A stretch of DNA of 32,000 nt from positions 2,430,001-2,462,000 of the forward strand of contig NC_008312.1 of NCBI RefSeq assembly GCF_000014265.1. The letters are read 5' to 3'. Made by a program: the position numbers and the translations under genes. A model generated the notes under the pieces. That model was not told where the DNA came from. It worked only from the letters and a program-made list of their open reading frames with translations, and ran no database searches. Below are positions 17,515-27,664 of the stretch, piece after piece (position 1 is the first letter of the stretch; each line of letters begins with the position of its first letter). The DNA is from Trichodesmium erythraeum IMS101. Lineage in GTDB: Bacteria; Cyanobacteriota; Cyanobacteriia; Cyanobacteriales; Microcoleaceae.

Positions 17515-17886
17515 ATGGATAATTTGGGAGGAATTATTCAACGAGCTGTTTATCTAGGAGTAGGGTTAGCTTCCTATGCAGGAGAGAAAGCTAGTCAAAA
17601 ATTAACAGAACTAAGGATAGAAGCTCAAAAGCTGGCAGATGAAATGGTTAAGCGTGGTGAAATGACTACGGAAGAAGGTCGTAAATTTGTGGAAGATATG
17701 ATGAATAAATCAATGATGCAGGAAGCACCTGTGAATCAGTCTCCAGAAAAAGGACCTAATGAACCACGCCGTATAGAGATTATCTCGGATGATGAAGATT
17801 CATCTTCTTCAGATTCTACAGAAGTAGATAAAATGCGCCAAGAAGTACATAAGTTACAAGAGGAATTACGTCGACTACAAAAATAA
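17515..17886 (+). CDS. phasin-like / PHA-granule-regulator-like coiled-coil protein (putative)
   Basis: 123-aa ORF. The N-terminal segment IIQRAVYLGVGLASYAGEKASQKLTEL...LADEMVKRGEMTTEEGRKFVEDMM resembles the phasin-family (COG3937-type) signature. The C-terminus is acidic and Ser-rich. Confidence 0.45.
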   Translation: MDNLGGIIQRAVYLGVGLASYAGEKASQKLTELRIEAQKLADEMVKRGEMTTEEGRKFVEDMMNKSMMQEAPVNQSPEKGPNEPRRIEIISDDEDSSSSDSTEVDKMRQEVHKLQEELRRLQK

Positions 17887-17954
17887 TAAATATATACTTA
17901 TTAAGGTATATAGGTAGTCTAAGTTTTAAAGAAAAGCTAAAACATAACACTATA

Positions 17955-18371
17955 ATGGAAGATTGGTCAAAGAACTTCTTTGAAGTAATAGAAACTGCCA
18001 TGTTAGAGGTAGAAAATTTCTTTGATGAAATGACAAAAGAAGTTTCAGAAGTTTGTGATGAGTTGGGAAAGTTCTCCGAGGAAATTGCTGAGGAAATAAA
18101 TATCAATATATTTGCAGAAATGGATGAGTATGTAGATCAATTGGTTGATCCGATCATTGAAGTGTACTTAGACTTCTATCCTGATATAGAGATAGAGGAT
18201 GTAGACTACTATCTTGTTGATCATTTAGAACCTACCATAGAAAAACATCCAGCGTGTAGAGGATGTATACACTATCATGGTCAATTTTATGGAGGAAATC
18301 TATTAGTTTGTGCCATGCACCCTTATGGTGTAGAAGATAAAAGTTGTCTAGACTGGGAACCTGAAGAATAG
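17955..18371 (+). CDS. acidic hypothetical protein with a Cys/His-rich C-terminus
   Basis: 138-aa ORF with a highly acidic N-terminal two-thirds. The C-terminal HPACRGCIHYHG-x10-CAMHPYG-x6-C suggests a small metal-binding module. Confidence 0.5.
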   Translation: MEDWSKNFFEVIETAMLEVENFFDEMTKEVSEVCDELGKFSEEIAEEININIFAEMDEYVDQLVDPIIEVYLDFYPDIEIEDVDYYLVDHLEPTIEKHPACRGCIHYHGQFYGGNLLVCAMHPYGVEDKSCLDWEPEE

Positions 18372-18736
18372 TAGCTTTAACTAAAGTAAACATAAGACAG
18401 TATATAGATAAGATACAGATATTGTTGATGTCAGAAATACTTATAAGTTATCTAAGTTAAAGGTTCACTATTTATTTAGTTATAATTTTGAACCCACTTT
18501 TTTTCAGTATTTTATTAGTAACCCTCTCAATCATAAAAATCTGAAATTATACCAAATCTAACTCATGGCCAGCTATATATTCTCAAAAAATATTCTAAGT
18601 ATTTGGTGAAGCAGAAATTCAGAAAATATATCAAAAATGTAATTGGTTTAAAAATCAAGCATTAATGCATAAGAAATGGTATTACTTTCCTTTATCCATA
18701 AAATATTAACGAAATAAGGAGATAGGATAGTCAAAT

Positions 18737-19576
18737 ATGAGTGAAGTAAATTCAGCAACCCTTTACATTGTTGGTACACCAATAGGCAATTTAGAAGATA
18801 CAACATTTAGAGCAATTCAAACATTACAAAAAGTAGACTTAATAGCAGCAGAAGATACTCGCCACACTAGCAAATTATTACAACATTTTCATATCCGAAC
18901 CCCACAATTAAGTTATCATCAACATAACGAACAAAGTCGCATACCCGAATTAATAGAAAAACTAAATCAAGGAAAAACTATAGCTTTAGTGACTGATGCT
19001 GGAATGCCAGGAATATCCGATCCGGGATATGAATTAGTAAAAGCTTGTGTCGAAGAAAATATTTCTATAGTACCAATACCAGGAGTTACTGCTAGTATTA
19101 CAGCGTTATGTGCCTCTGGACTACCAACGAACAAATTTATATTTATCGGTTTTTTACCTACTAAAATTAAACTGCGGGAAGAACAGCTAGAAAAATTATC
19201 TAATTTATTAGAAACTATAGTTTTATATGAGTCTCCTTATAGACTATTACAAACTCTGGAAGATTTAGGGAAAATACTAGGGGAAAATCGAAAAATAGTT
19301 TTGGCAAGAGAACTAACAAAACTCCATGAAGAATTTTGGCGCGGTACAGTTGGAGAAGCAGTTATTCATTATCAAAATAATCAACCAAAAGGAGAATTTA
19401 CTCTTGTTATTACAGGTGCTGAACCAGAATTACCAGTATTATCAGAAGATACTATTAAACAGGAGTTACAAGAACTCTTCGCCCAAGGAATTTCTCGCTC
19501 CCAAGCTAGTCGCCAACTTGCCCAAAAAATTAATTTATCCCGCCGCACAATTTATCAAATAGCTCTAAAAATATAG
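18737..19576 (+). CDS. rsmI: 16S rRNA (cytidine1402-2'-O)-methyltransferase RsmI
   Basis: 279-aa ORF. LYIVGTPIGNLEDTTFRAIQTLQKVDLIAAEDTRHTSKLL and DAGMPGISDPG are tetrapyrrole-methylase-fold RsmI motifs. Confidence 0.9.
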   Translation: MSEVNSATLYIVGTPIGNLEDTTFRAIQTLQKVDLIAAEDTRHTSKLLQHFHIRTPQLSYHQHNEQSRIPELIEKLNQGKTIALVTDAGMPGISDPGYELVKACVEENISIVPIPGVTASITALCASGLPTNKFIFIGFLPTKIKLREEQLEKLSNLLETIVLYESPYRLLQTLEDLGKILGENRKIVLARELTKLHEEFWRGTVGEAVIHYQNNQPKGEFTLVITGAEPELPVLSEDTIKQELQELFAQGISRSQASRQLAQKINLSRRTIYQIALKI

Positions 19577-19956
19577 TTATCAACGTTCAGCTTATTCTCG
19601 AATTTTTGATATAGTAAGGTCAAAAAAAAAGACTGAAAAAAATAATAGGGCAGTTAAAATTAAACAGGCAAAAAAAGAGATTACCTGAAATAAATATTAT
19701 TTGGAAAAGACAAATATTTTGAGTATAAATAGACGAGTTATACAAAAACCCAGTTTAGCCAGAAGGGTTAAAGAGGAATTTAAAAGATGCACTTTTGATA
19801 ACCGCATATTTATTGGTATAATCTTGGCTGTAAAAAATGTATAAGAAAGAATACACTTGAACATAAAAATTTAAAATTTCCAAGATACTGTAAGTTTCTG
19901 TAACTAAGATCACCGAGTCTCCCCTGAAGCTCAGTTTTCAAGCAGAGAGACTGAAT

Positions 19957-19980
19957 ACTTTTGACTTTTGACTTTTGACT
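19957..19980. repeat. heptamer tandem repeat (acttttg) x3.4, about 37 bp upstream of the folC start
   Basis: acttttgacttttgacttttgact is read directly. It creates three TTGACT hexamers at 7-bp spacing. Confidence 0.85.
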
Positions 19981-20016
19981 TCCAAGAGCTAGATAGCTAA
20001 TTGCTATAAAAAAACT

Positions 20017-21279
20017 GTGAATTCTATAGACTCTTTCTTAAAACGCTTTGAACATTTCGGCGTTGAGCTTAGTCTCGAACGCATCTATCAACTTCTAGAT
20101 AATTTAGGCAAGCCTCATCTCCAAGTACCCATAATTCATGTCGCCGGAACAAATGGCAAAGGTTCTGTCTGTGCTTACCTATCATCCATCCTCAAAGCAG
20201 CAGGATATAAAGTCGGACGTTACACTTCACCCCACCTGGTTGACTGGACAGAACGTATTTGCCTCAACGAAGAAAAAATTCCCTCAAGTATATTAGAACA
20301 ATTATTGGTAGAAGTAGAAACAGCTATTCAACCAGAACAACCTTCACCTACTCAGTTTGAGGTTATTACTGCCGCAGCTTGGTTATATTTTGCTCAACAA
20401 CAAGTAGATGTGGCAGTTGTAGAAGTAGGTTTGGGGGGCAGACTAGATGCTACTAATGTTTGTCACCAACCAATGGTAACTGTCATTACTTCTATTAGTT
20501 GGGAACATTGGCAAAAATTAGGTCCGACTTTGAGTCATATTGCTGGGGAAAAGGCGGGTATTCTTAAACCAAGATGTCCTGCTATAGTTGGAGTATTACC
20601 CCCAGAAGCAAAAAAAGTAGTAGAAAAACGTATTACTGATCTAGAGTGTCCTGTTGTTTGGGCAGAGCCTGCTAAATTATTGGCAGAAAGTCAGGAATAT
20701 AACTCATTGCCAGTAGCTACTTATCAAGGTATTGAATATAAGGTGCCATTATTTGGAGATGTACAGTTGATAAATTCAGCGATCGCTATTGCTACAGTTC
20801 AAGTGCTAGAAACACAAGGTTGGGAGATTCCGATCACAGCAATTAAACAAGGAATAGCTGAAACTAAATGGCTTGGACGTTTGCAATGGACTACATGGCA
20901 AAATCGCCAATTATTAATTGATGGGGCCCATAATGCTGCTGCAGCCCAAGTATTGGGACGGTATGTCCGGACACTAAATTATCCATCTATAAGTTGGGTT
21001 ATGGGTATGCTGTCTACGAAGGAACATTCGGAAATTTTTCGGGCACTTCTTAGACCAGGCGATCGCTTGTATTTAGTTCCTGTTCCTGACCATAGTTCGG
21101 CTGATTTGAATCAACTTAGTACCATAGCTCAGGATATATGCACAAAATTAGATTTTTGTCAAGTTTATCCCCATTTAACACCGGCTTTAGAAGAGGCTAT
21201 TACTGATAGTAAAAATTTAATTGTTTTATGTGGTTCTCTATATTTATTGGGTCATTTTATCAAAATGAAAAGTAACTAA
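20017..21279 (+). CDS. folC: bifunctional folylpolyglutamate synthase / dihydrofolate synthase
   Basis: 420-aa ORF with a GTG start. It has the Mur-ligase P-loop HVAGTNGKGSV, TSPHLVDWTERI, and the EVGLGGRLDATN motif. Confidence 0.9.
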   Translation: MNSIDSFLKRFEHFGVELSLERIYQLLDNLGKPHLQVPIIHVAGTNGKGSVCAYLSSILKAAGYKVGRYTSPHLVDWTERICLNEEKIPSSILEQLLVEVETAIQPEQPSPTQFEVITAAAWLYFAQQQVDVAVVEVGLGGRLDATNVCHQPMVTVITSISWEHWQKLGPTLSHIAGEKAGILKPRCPAIVGVLPPEAKKVVEKRITDLECPVVWAEPAKLLAESQEYNSLPVATYQGIEYKVPLFGDVQLINSAIAIATVQVLETQGWEIPITAIKQGIAETKWLGRLQWTTWQNRQLLIDGAHNAAAAQVLGRYVRTLNYPSISWVMGMLSTKEHSEIFRALLRPGDRLYLVPVPDHSSADLNQLSTIAQDICTKLDFCQVYPHLTPALEEAITDSKNLIVLCGSLYLLGHFIKMKSN

Positions 21280-21466
21280 ATTGTTATTGTTGGGAATTGT
21301 TCTTGAGCGTTGTTTGTGTTGGTAGTAGTGGGGTTTAATTTATCTGTTTTTATGGCTGGTATTCTAACTCTCGACTGCCTCTTTCTTCCCTAAAAATACT
21401 TTTTCAGTAAACCCTAAATAAAATCTTTGTTGGGTTTCACTTTTTTCTACATAAGCTACGAAATAA

Positions 21467-22744
21467 TCAAAGCTTATCCCATTCAGATGCGGCATCAGCG
21501 ATCGCTTGCTCAATAGTTTTTTCTGCCAACATAGCCTCCTGTAAACTTTGATAAATAATTTGTTTCAACTTATCCAAATTTTTAATAGGTGGCAGTAAAA
21601 CTTCTGCTGCCAAAATTTGATTAGCACTAATAACTCGACCCCGATCTTGAGTAGAAGCATCAGAAGAAATATTTTGAAAATAACTATTTTTTAAGGTCTT
21701 AGTTGTAGAGGGTAAAACATTAGTCTCCTGAGCAAAAGCCATTTGATTTTGATAATTAGTAATAAACAAAACAAACTTCAGGGCTCCATCTGGTAATTTA
21801 GTTTTGCTAGAAATAGCAAAATTCATCAAAACTATACCCTTCTTATCAGTCTTACCTGTAACTTGAGATGTTGGGAATGATACCTTTCCAATTTCAGGTA
21901 TATTTTCAGATATGGCTGTAATAAACTCTGGTCCAGAAAATACCATAGCAGTTTCTCCAGCTTGATACAAATCTTCACCTGCTTGAATTCCTTCGGTCAA
22001 TACTTCCTCTGGTAATAAATCTTCTCTATATAGATCAACCCAATACTTAAATACTGCCTCACCGAGTGGAGTATTAAAAGCAGCTTTTCCATCAACATTT
22101 ATTAACTCAACTCCCATCTTGCCAAAAGACTCTAATACCTCATTTCCTCCTTGTGGCGAAAAAGAAACAAAGAATGCATATTTATCAGTTTTTTCTTTAA
22201 TTTGTCTAGCGACCTTAGCTAATTCAGTATAATTTGTTGGAGGTTCTTCGAGTTCTGCCTCTTTAAATAGCTCTGAATTATAAATTGTTATATTCATCGT
22301 ACCATACCATGGGATACCAAGACTTTTACCATTAATCTGACTACATTGCCAAAGATTAGGTAAATATTCATTCCTCACCGAATCTGATAAAATAGTATCT
22401 AAATTTAGCCAGGCATTAGGTCGAGTTAATAAATGTGTGAAACTTGAGTTAAGATTCACAATGTCTGGAAGAGTTTCTGTGACAATAGCACTCTCAATTT
22501 TGCTTTCTATCTCCGACCAAGGTAAATCAACCCATCGCACTGATAAATCTGGATTATCTGCTTCAAAATCAGCAATTAACTGATTAAAATAATTAGTAAA
22601 CTGAGGTTGAAGCTGTATTGTCCAAAATTCAATTTCTTTAGTCTTTAAAATAGGATAGGGAGAAGTGCAACCAATAAAAATTGTTATAATTAGCCCCAGA
22701 ATAGTAAATATTTTAAACCTTTTCCATTTAACTATGAGAAACAT
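21467..22744 (-). CDS. ABC transporter substrate-binding lipoprotein (family 1, carbohydrate-type)
   Basis: 425-aa ORF. It has a signal peptide with a lipobox (ITIFIGC). The rest matches the typical extracellular solute-binding family 1 pattern (PDIVNL..., IPWYGTMNI..YN). Confidence 0.8.
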   Translation of the reverse strand: MFLIVKWKRFKIFTILGLIITIFIGCTSPYPILKTKEIEFWTIQLQPQFTNYFNQLIADFEADNPDLSVRWVDLPWSEIESKIESAIVTETLPDIVNLNSSFTHLLTRPNAWLNLDTILSDSVRNEYLPNLWQCSQINGKSLGIPWYGTMNITIYNSELFKEAELEEPPTNYTELAKVARQIKEKTDKYAFFVSFSPQGGNEVLESFGKMGVELINVDGKAAFNTPLGEAVFKYWVDLYREDLLPEEVLTEGIQAGEDLYQAGETAMVFSGPEFITAISENIPEIGKVSFPTSQVTGKTDKKGIVLMNFAISSKTKLPDGALKFVLFITNYQNQMAFAQETNVLPSTTKTLKNSYFQNISSDASTQDRGRVISANQILAAEVLLPPIKNLDKLKQIIYQSLQEAMLAEKTIEQAIADAASEWDKL

Positions 22745-22862
22745 TCGATAAAACCTAGAAAAATACCTTATTTGTGATTGCTATAAAACTAATTATTCAA
22801 ATAAAAATAACTTTTAATTTATAGCAAATATAATTTTGAATCCAATTAAAATTAGGATAAAA

Positions 22863-23960
22863 ATGCTTAATTACTTAAAAAACTTATTTCAAACAAAGCA
22901 GCCAGGAATAGGAATAGAAGTTAGTCCGGAAAAAATTAATCTTGCTAAGATCCAGCAACAAGGAGATCAACTAAAATTAGTAAATTTTGCTACAGCACAA
23001 GTCCCAGAAAATGTATTTTCTGAGGGTCAAATAATTGATATCCCCACAATATCAGAATTAATAGAATCAATTATTGCAGACAATAACATAAAAACTCGCA
23101 GAGTAGCAACAGCAATTTCAGCCAGAGAAGCAGTTACCCGTGTAATTCCCGTACCAGCAGAATTAAATGACCAAGAATTACAGGATTATATGAATCAAGA
23201 AGCAGGTTTATACTTACCATTCCCGAGAGAACAAGCAGATGTGGACTATCAAAAATTGGGAAATATAGTAGACTCAGATGATGACATAGAAAAAGTACAA
23301 GTAGCTTTAGTTGCAACGAGAAAAGAAATAACAGATGCCTATATAGAAGCCTTTTCAGAAGCAGGATTAGTAATAGATATTTTAGAGGTAAGTAACTTTG
23401 CCCTCATCCGCACAGTTAAAGATATACTCCAACAATATGGGCCTCAAGAAGCGACAGTAATTGCAGATTTAGAATTTGACAGTACCGAACTTGCTATCGT
23501 AGTAGATGGAATACCCCAGTTTAACCGAACAATTCCTATTGGTACTTATCAAATGCAATCTTCCTTAAATGAAGCGATGAACTTACCTCCAACCAGAGAT
23601 ACTACCCAGTTACTAAAGATGACTATTCCAGTGTTAGATACAATGGGAATTTCATTCGATAAAGCTGATTCTGGAACGAATGCCTTGTTAAAAGTATTAG
23701 CAGAATTAGGAGATGAGCTGCGACGTTCAATAGATTTCTATCTCAATCAATTTGAAGATTTGGAGGTGGCACAATTATTATTAACAGGGCCAGGAGCAGC
23801 AATAGGACAACTAGATGACTTTTTCATGCAACGTTTAAGTTTGCCAGCGTCTAAAGTGGATCCAATTGAAGTTTTAGGCTTAGAAACAGAGGTAGAAATT
23901 CCCCCAGAACAACGTTATGGTCTAGGAATTGTATTAGGTTTAGGACTAAGAGAGGTGTAA
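22863..23960 (+). CDS. pilM: type IV pilus assembly ATPase-fold protein PilM
   Basis: The ORF-track start at 22836 is TTG; an ATG at 22863 (MLNYLKNLF) is more likely. An actin-like fold pattern is present (GIEVSPEKINLAKI..., LLLTGPGAAI). pilN and pilO homologues follow directly. Confidence 0.85.
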   Translation: MLNYLKNLFQTKQPGIGIEVSPEKINLAKIQQQGDQLKLVNFATAQVPENVFSEGQIIDIPTISELIESIIADNNIKTRRVATAISAREAVTRVIPVPAELNDQELQDYMNQEAGLYLPFPREQADVDYQKLGNIVDSDDDIEKVQVALVATRKEITDAYIEAFSEAGLVIDILEVSNFALIRTVKDILQQYGPQEATVIADLEFDSTELAIVVDGIPQFNRTIPIGTYQMQSSLNEAMNLPPTRDTTQLLKMTIPVLDTMGISFDKADSGTNALLKVLAELGDELRRSIDFYLNQFEDLEVAQLLLTGPGAAIGQLDDFFMQRLSLPASKVDPIEVLGLETEVEIPPEQRYGLGIVLGLGLREV

Positions 23961-23966
23961 ATTAAT

Positions 23967-24782
23967 ATGTATGGCCTAGATATAAATTTTCTTAATGATC
24001 GCCCAGAATATCAAAAAGAAGTTCCCAAGCCAGTAATTAGTGAAGTATCGCTAGAGGACTCAACACCAATTATAATTGGGGCAGCAGTAGCAATAGCAAT
24101 TAATGGTTTGGTTGCAGGTGGGTGGTTATATATAAATAAGATGAATACTGGACTTCAGGTAGACTTAGACAAATTAAATGCAAAATTAACTACATTAGAT
24201 GCTCAAGTTAAAGACCTTAAAGCAATCAAAGAAAAAACTCAGAAATTTGAAGCAGAAGCAAAAGCTTTAGCAACAGTTTTCGATCAAATAAAACCATGGT
24301 CGGCATTATTAGGAGAGTTGGGAGTTGTGGTACCTAAGGGGGTAATAATAACTAGTATAGAACAAAAAGAAGCAAAGGTATCAGCCTCCCCTTCTCCTCA
24401 AAAATCTGATGCTAAAAAGGATGAAGAAAAAGAGGCGCCAGAACCTCCAAAACCAACAGCAACTATATTATTATCAGGAAATTCAAATTCTTACGGCAAG
24501 ATTAATGACTTTCAATTACTACTGGAAAACTCTTCCTTTTTCCAAGAAAAAAATAAACTGATTAGTACTGTGAGAAAACCTAATCCAACTAGATTAGAAT
24601 TACGAGAATCAAACTTAACCTTAGCACCAGAAATACCAGAATTAAACCCAATAATTGAATATAAAATTGAAGCAAATCTAAGCCCTTTAGGTGCATCAGA
24701 ATTACTGCCTGAGTTAAAAAGTCAAGGAGCAATTGGATTAGTAGATAGAATAGAAATACTAAAAGAAAAAGGAATACTTTAA
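23967..24782 (+). CDS. pilN: type IV pilus assembly protein PilN
   Basis: 271-aa ORF with the conserved N-terminal INFLN motif (LDINFLNDRPE). It has a single TM helix, a coiled coil, and the Pro/Lys-rich spacer usual in cyanobacterial PilN. The gap to pilM is 6 bp. Confidence 0.75.
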   Translation: MYGLDINFLNDRPEYQKEVPKPVISEVSLEDSTPIIIGAAVAIAINGLVAGGWLYINKMNTGLQVDLDKLNAKLTTLDAQVKDLKAIKEKTQKFEAEAKALATVFDQIKPWSALLGELGVVVPKGVIITSIEQKEAKVSASPSPQKSDAKKDEEKEAPEPPKPTATILLSGNSNSYGKINDFQLLLENSSFFQEKNKLISTVRKPNPTRLELRESNLTLAPEIPELNPIIEYKIEANLSPLGASELLPELKSQGAIGLVDRIEILKEKGIL

Positions 24783-24784
24783 AA

Positions 24785-25579
24785 ATGGTAGCAACAAATG
24801 AGATAGATATAGACTTAGAAGAACTAGAAGAAGAAGGAGAAGAATTTCAAGTTCCTTTGCTAAATATGTCTGTCAAAGACCCGAGATTTATTGGAGGAAC
24901 TATTGGTATTTTAGGCTTTGGAATAGCAGCTTTCTTAGGATATAGTCAGCTTAAACCAACTATAGAAAAAAATACTGAATTAAGGGCAGAGATAGAAGCA
25001 GCAGAAATCAAAATTAAACAGCAGAAAAAACAAATAGAAGAACGACCAAAGGTAGAGGAGGAAAACAAAAAAGCTGAAAGAAAAAGGGAAGATGTAACCA
25101 GCTTATTTGCTAGTGAAAAAACTATGAAAACTCTACTATATGATGTTAATCAACTTATCGATCAAATTAATGGCGGAATTACAGAGGAAGAAAAACAAGC
25201 AAAAATGACAAAGTTTCAACCAGTTGAGCCAAAAAATGGTAATTATATAGTTAATGATAACTCATTAGGACCACTGGTAAATGGCAAGTTAAAGCGACGA
25301 GAATTCAAAGTAGAATTTGAAGGTAGTTATCCCCAAACAAGAGCATTTATGACTGCTATAGAGAGGATGGAAACATTATTAGTAGTGAAAAACTTAATAA
25401 CTAAACTCAAACAAGGAAATGAGGTTATAGAAGTTGAATGGAGGCAAAATAAATTTGTGCCAGTTAGCAAGCCAGAAAGTCGACTAATATCATCCTTTGA
25501 TATGCATGCTCTATTGGCTTTAAGTGAAAAAGAGTCATTGGGTGTAAAAGGTTCTACAAAACAAGAAGAAAATAAGTAA
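24785..25579 (+). CDS. pilO: type IV pilus assembly protein PilO
   Basis: 264-aa ORF with a single TM helix (IGGTIGILGFGIAAFLGY), a coiled coil and a C-terminal ferredoxin-like region. It sits immediately after pilN (2-bp gap). Confidence 0.7.
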   Translation: MVATNEIDIDLEELEEEGEEFQVPLLNMSVKDPRFIGGTIGILGFGIAAFLGYSQLKPTIEKNTELRAEIEAAEIKIKQQKKQIEERPKVEEENKKAERKREDVTSLFASEKTMKTLLYDVNQLIDQINGGITEEEKQAKMTKFQPVEPKNGNYIVNDNSLGPLVNGKLKRREFKVEFEGSYPQTRAFMTAIERMETLLVVKNLITKLKQGNEVIEVEWRQNKFVPVSKPESRLISSFDMHALLALSEKESLGVKGSTKQEENK

Positions 25580-26307
25580 CATCATCTGCCAAATAAATGT
25601 TATTTTTTCAAAGAAATTAGGTTTAAAATTTCATCTTTATTTGACCTTATTTTTTCCCTAAAGCTAGGGTGAAAGTAGATAGTGAGTAGGAAGATAGAGA
25701 GGAGAAAAGATGGGGAGTATTTTCCCGTTTCTAAATGCGATCGCAGAAGGTTAAAAGGTTACTTTACCTAACTTTGAGCATAATAATTCTCTTGTCTGCA
25801 AGGATTAAAGTCTGTTAAGAAAGTATCTATTTCTAATCATTATTGATTATGCTTTTTTCAAATCTCAAGCATCATAGTATGTTTGACAGAAAATAAAATA
25901 ATTCATTATTTTGTCGGGAAAATTAAACTTGAATTCAATCACAAAAATGGCTAGATTTTTTTCATAAAAAAATATTTTATCTGTAATAAATTATGACTTT
26001 TATCAACAGCATACGCCTGAAAGATTATTCGATTTATGAGGGTTACAATATTTATAAGTTATTGCTAAGTTATTGCTAAATTTAAAGGATAATAAGTTAC
26101 TTTAAATACTGTAATTATATTGAAATATGATTTTCAAAAAAACTAAAAATCATAGAAAGATTTGTAAAATATTTAAAATATTTTCAAGATTATTGTCATC
26201 TATATTATGTAAATTAGTCAATTTATTAATTATTTTACAAAGACTTTGTAATATTATTTTAGGTTATTAATATATTGACAAATTACGAGAATTTAAGTTA
26301 CACATAA

Positions 26308-27428
26308 TATATAGCAATCCTAAGTAGGTTGCGGCAAAATTTCATACTGAAAAAGTTTTGGGAAATTGAATATTTGACCATCCGCAAAAAACTTAAATAG
26401 CCACTTAACTACTTTAAAAGAACTGCAAAGATGATAAAAAGTAATACTGAAATTTTTGGTTTGTAACCAAATATCTTCAACAGGATTTTGCTCCGGAGCA
26501 TTGGGAGCAAATCTTGTACAATTTATCAACAATTCTTCTTCTGATAAGTATTGATTAATTGTCATTAAATATTCTCGAAATTCTTGAGAGTTATGGTAAG
26601 TTGCCCCATCCCAAAATATTGCCAATTTGTTGCCCGGTCTTTGCTTCTGCAAATATTTAATAAATTCAATAGTATTTTTAGTATTTCCACTCTCATATTC
26701 TTGCACAAGAAATTCCTTGGTTTTATAGTCTAAAGCTCCATAATAAGTCTGTCTTTCTTTTTCATTTTTAATTGCAATTTCTATTCTTTCATCTGTTTTT
26801 CCCCAAGCATAACCTAATATGTCTCCCCATAGAAGATGACATTCATCAATCATAAACACTGTAAGCTTTCCAGTTTCTATTTCTGGTTGCCATTTAGCTA
26901 AAAATTCCTCTATTTCTTTTCTTTTAACTTCTACTAATTCATCATTTTTAGCAGGATTCTTTTTTTGAGTTTTTTTCCAACTTATGCCCGCTTCTTTAAA
27001 CAAGTTATAGTAACTTTGATTAGACTCAAAAACCACATCATATTGCTCCTGTAAGTAGTTTTTTAAATCTGATAACCTAAGATAATCTTGTGCTCTCAAC
27101 CACTCAATTGTTTTCTCTTTTTCGACCGTTTTTAAGTAACCTTGTCTCCCTTGATACTGAAGCCTTAAACTTTCTACACCATGAAATAATGCTTGGTTTT
27201 TCCATTCACTAATAAAACTGTGAGAAACATTTAATAATTCTTTGACTTCATGGTAGGATTTTCCTGACAAGGTCATTTTTACGGCCAAGGCCCTTTTAAT
27301 TTCTTTAGACTCTTTTGTTTGATTAATAAAATCATTTAGTTTATCTATAATATTCATTTTTTGTCTTTTTCTTAGATCTGTTATTCTTACTATTATATCT
27401 GTTGCGACCAATATGGGATTGCTATATA
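26308..27428 (-). mobile_element. IS630-family insertion sequence (about 1.12 kb) with imperfect terminal inverted repeats and TA at both ends
   Basis: tatatagcaatcc at 26308-26320 is the exact inverse of ggattgctatata at 27416-27428. Partial complementarity extends about 17 nt further inward. The size, the single transposase ORF and the terminal TA fit IS630/Tc1-mariner elements. Confidence 0.8.
26320..27357 (-). CDS. IS630-family DDE transposase
   Basis: The ORF-track ORF starts at a TTG inside the terminal repeat (27411); the ATG at 27357 (MNIIDKL) is more likely. It has an N-terminal HTH region and the DDE triad context FMIDECHL, IFWDGATYHNS and APEQNPVEDIW. The last corresponds to the canonical IS630 SPELNPIE motif. 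The ORF appears intact. Confidence 0.85.
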   Translation of the reverse strand: MNIIDKLNDFINQTKESKEIKRALAVKMTLSGKSYHEVKELLNVSHSFISEWKNQALFHGVESLRLQYQGRQGYLKTVEKEKTIEWLRAQDYLRLSDLKNYLQEQYDVVFESNQSYYNLFKEAGISWKKTQKKNPAKNDELVEVKRKEIEEFLAKWQPEIETGKLTVFMIDECHLLWGDILGYAWGKTDERIEIAIKNEKERQTYYGALDYKTKEFLVQEYESGNTKNTIEFIKYLQKQRPGNKLAIFWDGATYHNSQEFREYLMTINQYLSEEELLINCTRFAPNAPEQNPVEDIWLQTKNFSITFYHLCSSFKVVKWLFKFFADGQIFNFPKLFQYEILPQPT

Positions 27429-27454
27429 GATATATTCTTATAAAAGACTAGATT

Positions 27455-27664
27455 TTGCCGAAAAAAAATAGTAAGCATTACCAGGTAAAATTACTCTAAA
27501 TTAATGAAAATATAATCCTAATACTATTACTGAGAAAAGCTAAAGTTTTTATCATCAATTTGCCGAAAAAAAATAGTAAGCATTACCAGGTAAAAGTACT
27601 CTAAATTAATGAAAATATAATCCTAATACTATTACTGAGAAAAGCTAAAGTTTTTATCATCAAA
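27455..27664. repeat. 105-bp direct duplication (x2) abutting the large array
   Basis: ttgccgaaaaaaaatagtaagcattaccaggtaaaa(t/g)tactctaaatt...attactgagaaaagctaaagtttttatcatcaa occurs at 27455 and again at 27560. The last 33 bp are shared with the junction of the 595-bp units. Confidence 0.85.

Noticed and set aside
17816-18106. The 96-aa minus-strand ORF
   Set aside because: It overlaps the ends of two better-supported plus-strand genes. Its sequence is low-complexity and Ser/Ile-rich.
19326-19562. The 78-aa plus-strand ORF
   Set aside because: It is an alternative frame inside rsmI.
22836-22862. The TTG-initiated 9-codon extension of pilM, and similarly the TTG start at 27411 for the transposase
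   Set aside because: In-frame ATG codons follow shortly after, at 22863 and 27357. The transposase TTG lies inside the IS terminal repeat. The ATG starts are preferred, though this is not proven.
23134-23316. The 60-aa minus-strand ORF
   Set aside because: It is antisense inside pilM.
25655-25668. The hairpin ccctaaagctaggg after pilO, considered as a terminator
   Set aside because: The stem is only 5 bp. On the + strand the T-run precedes rather than follows it.
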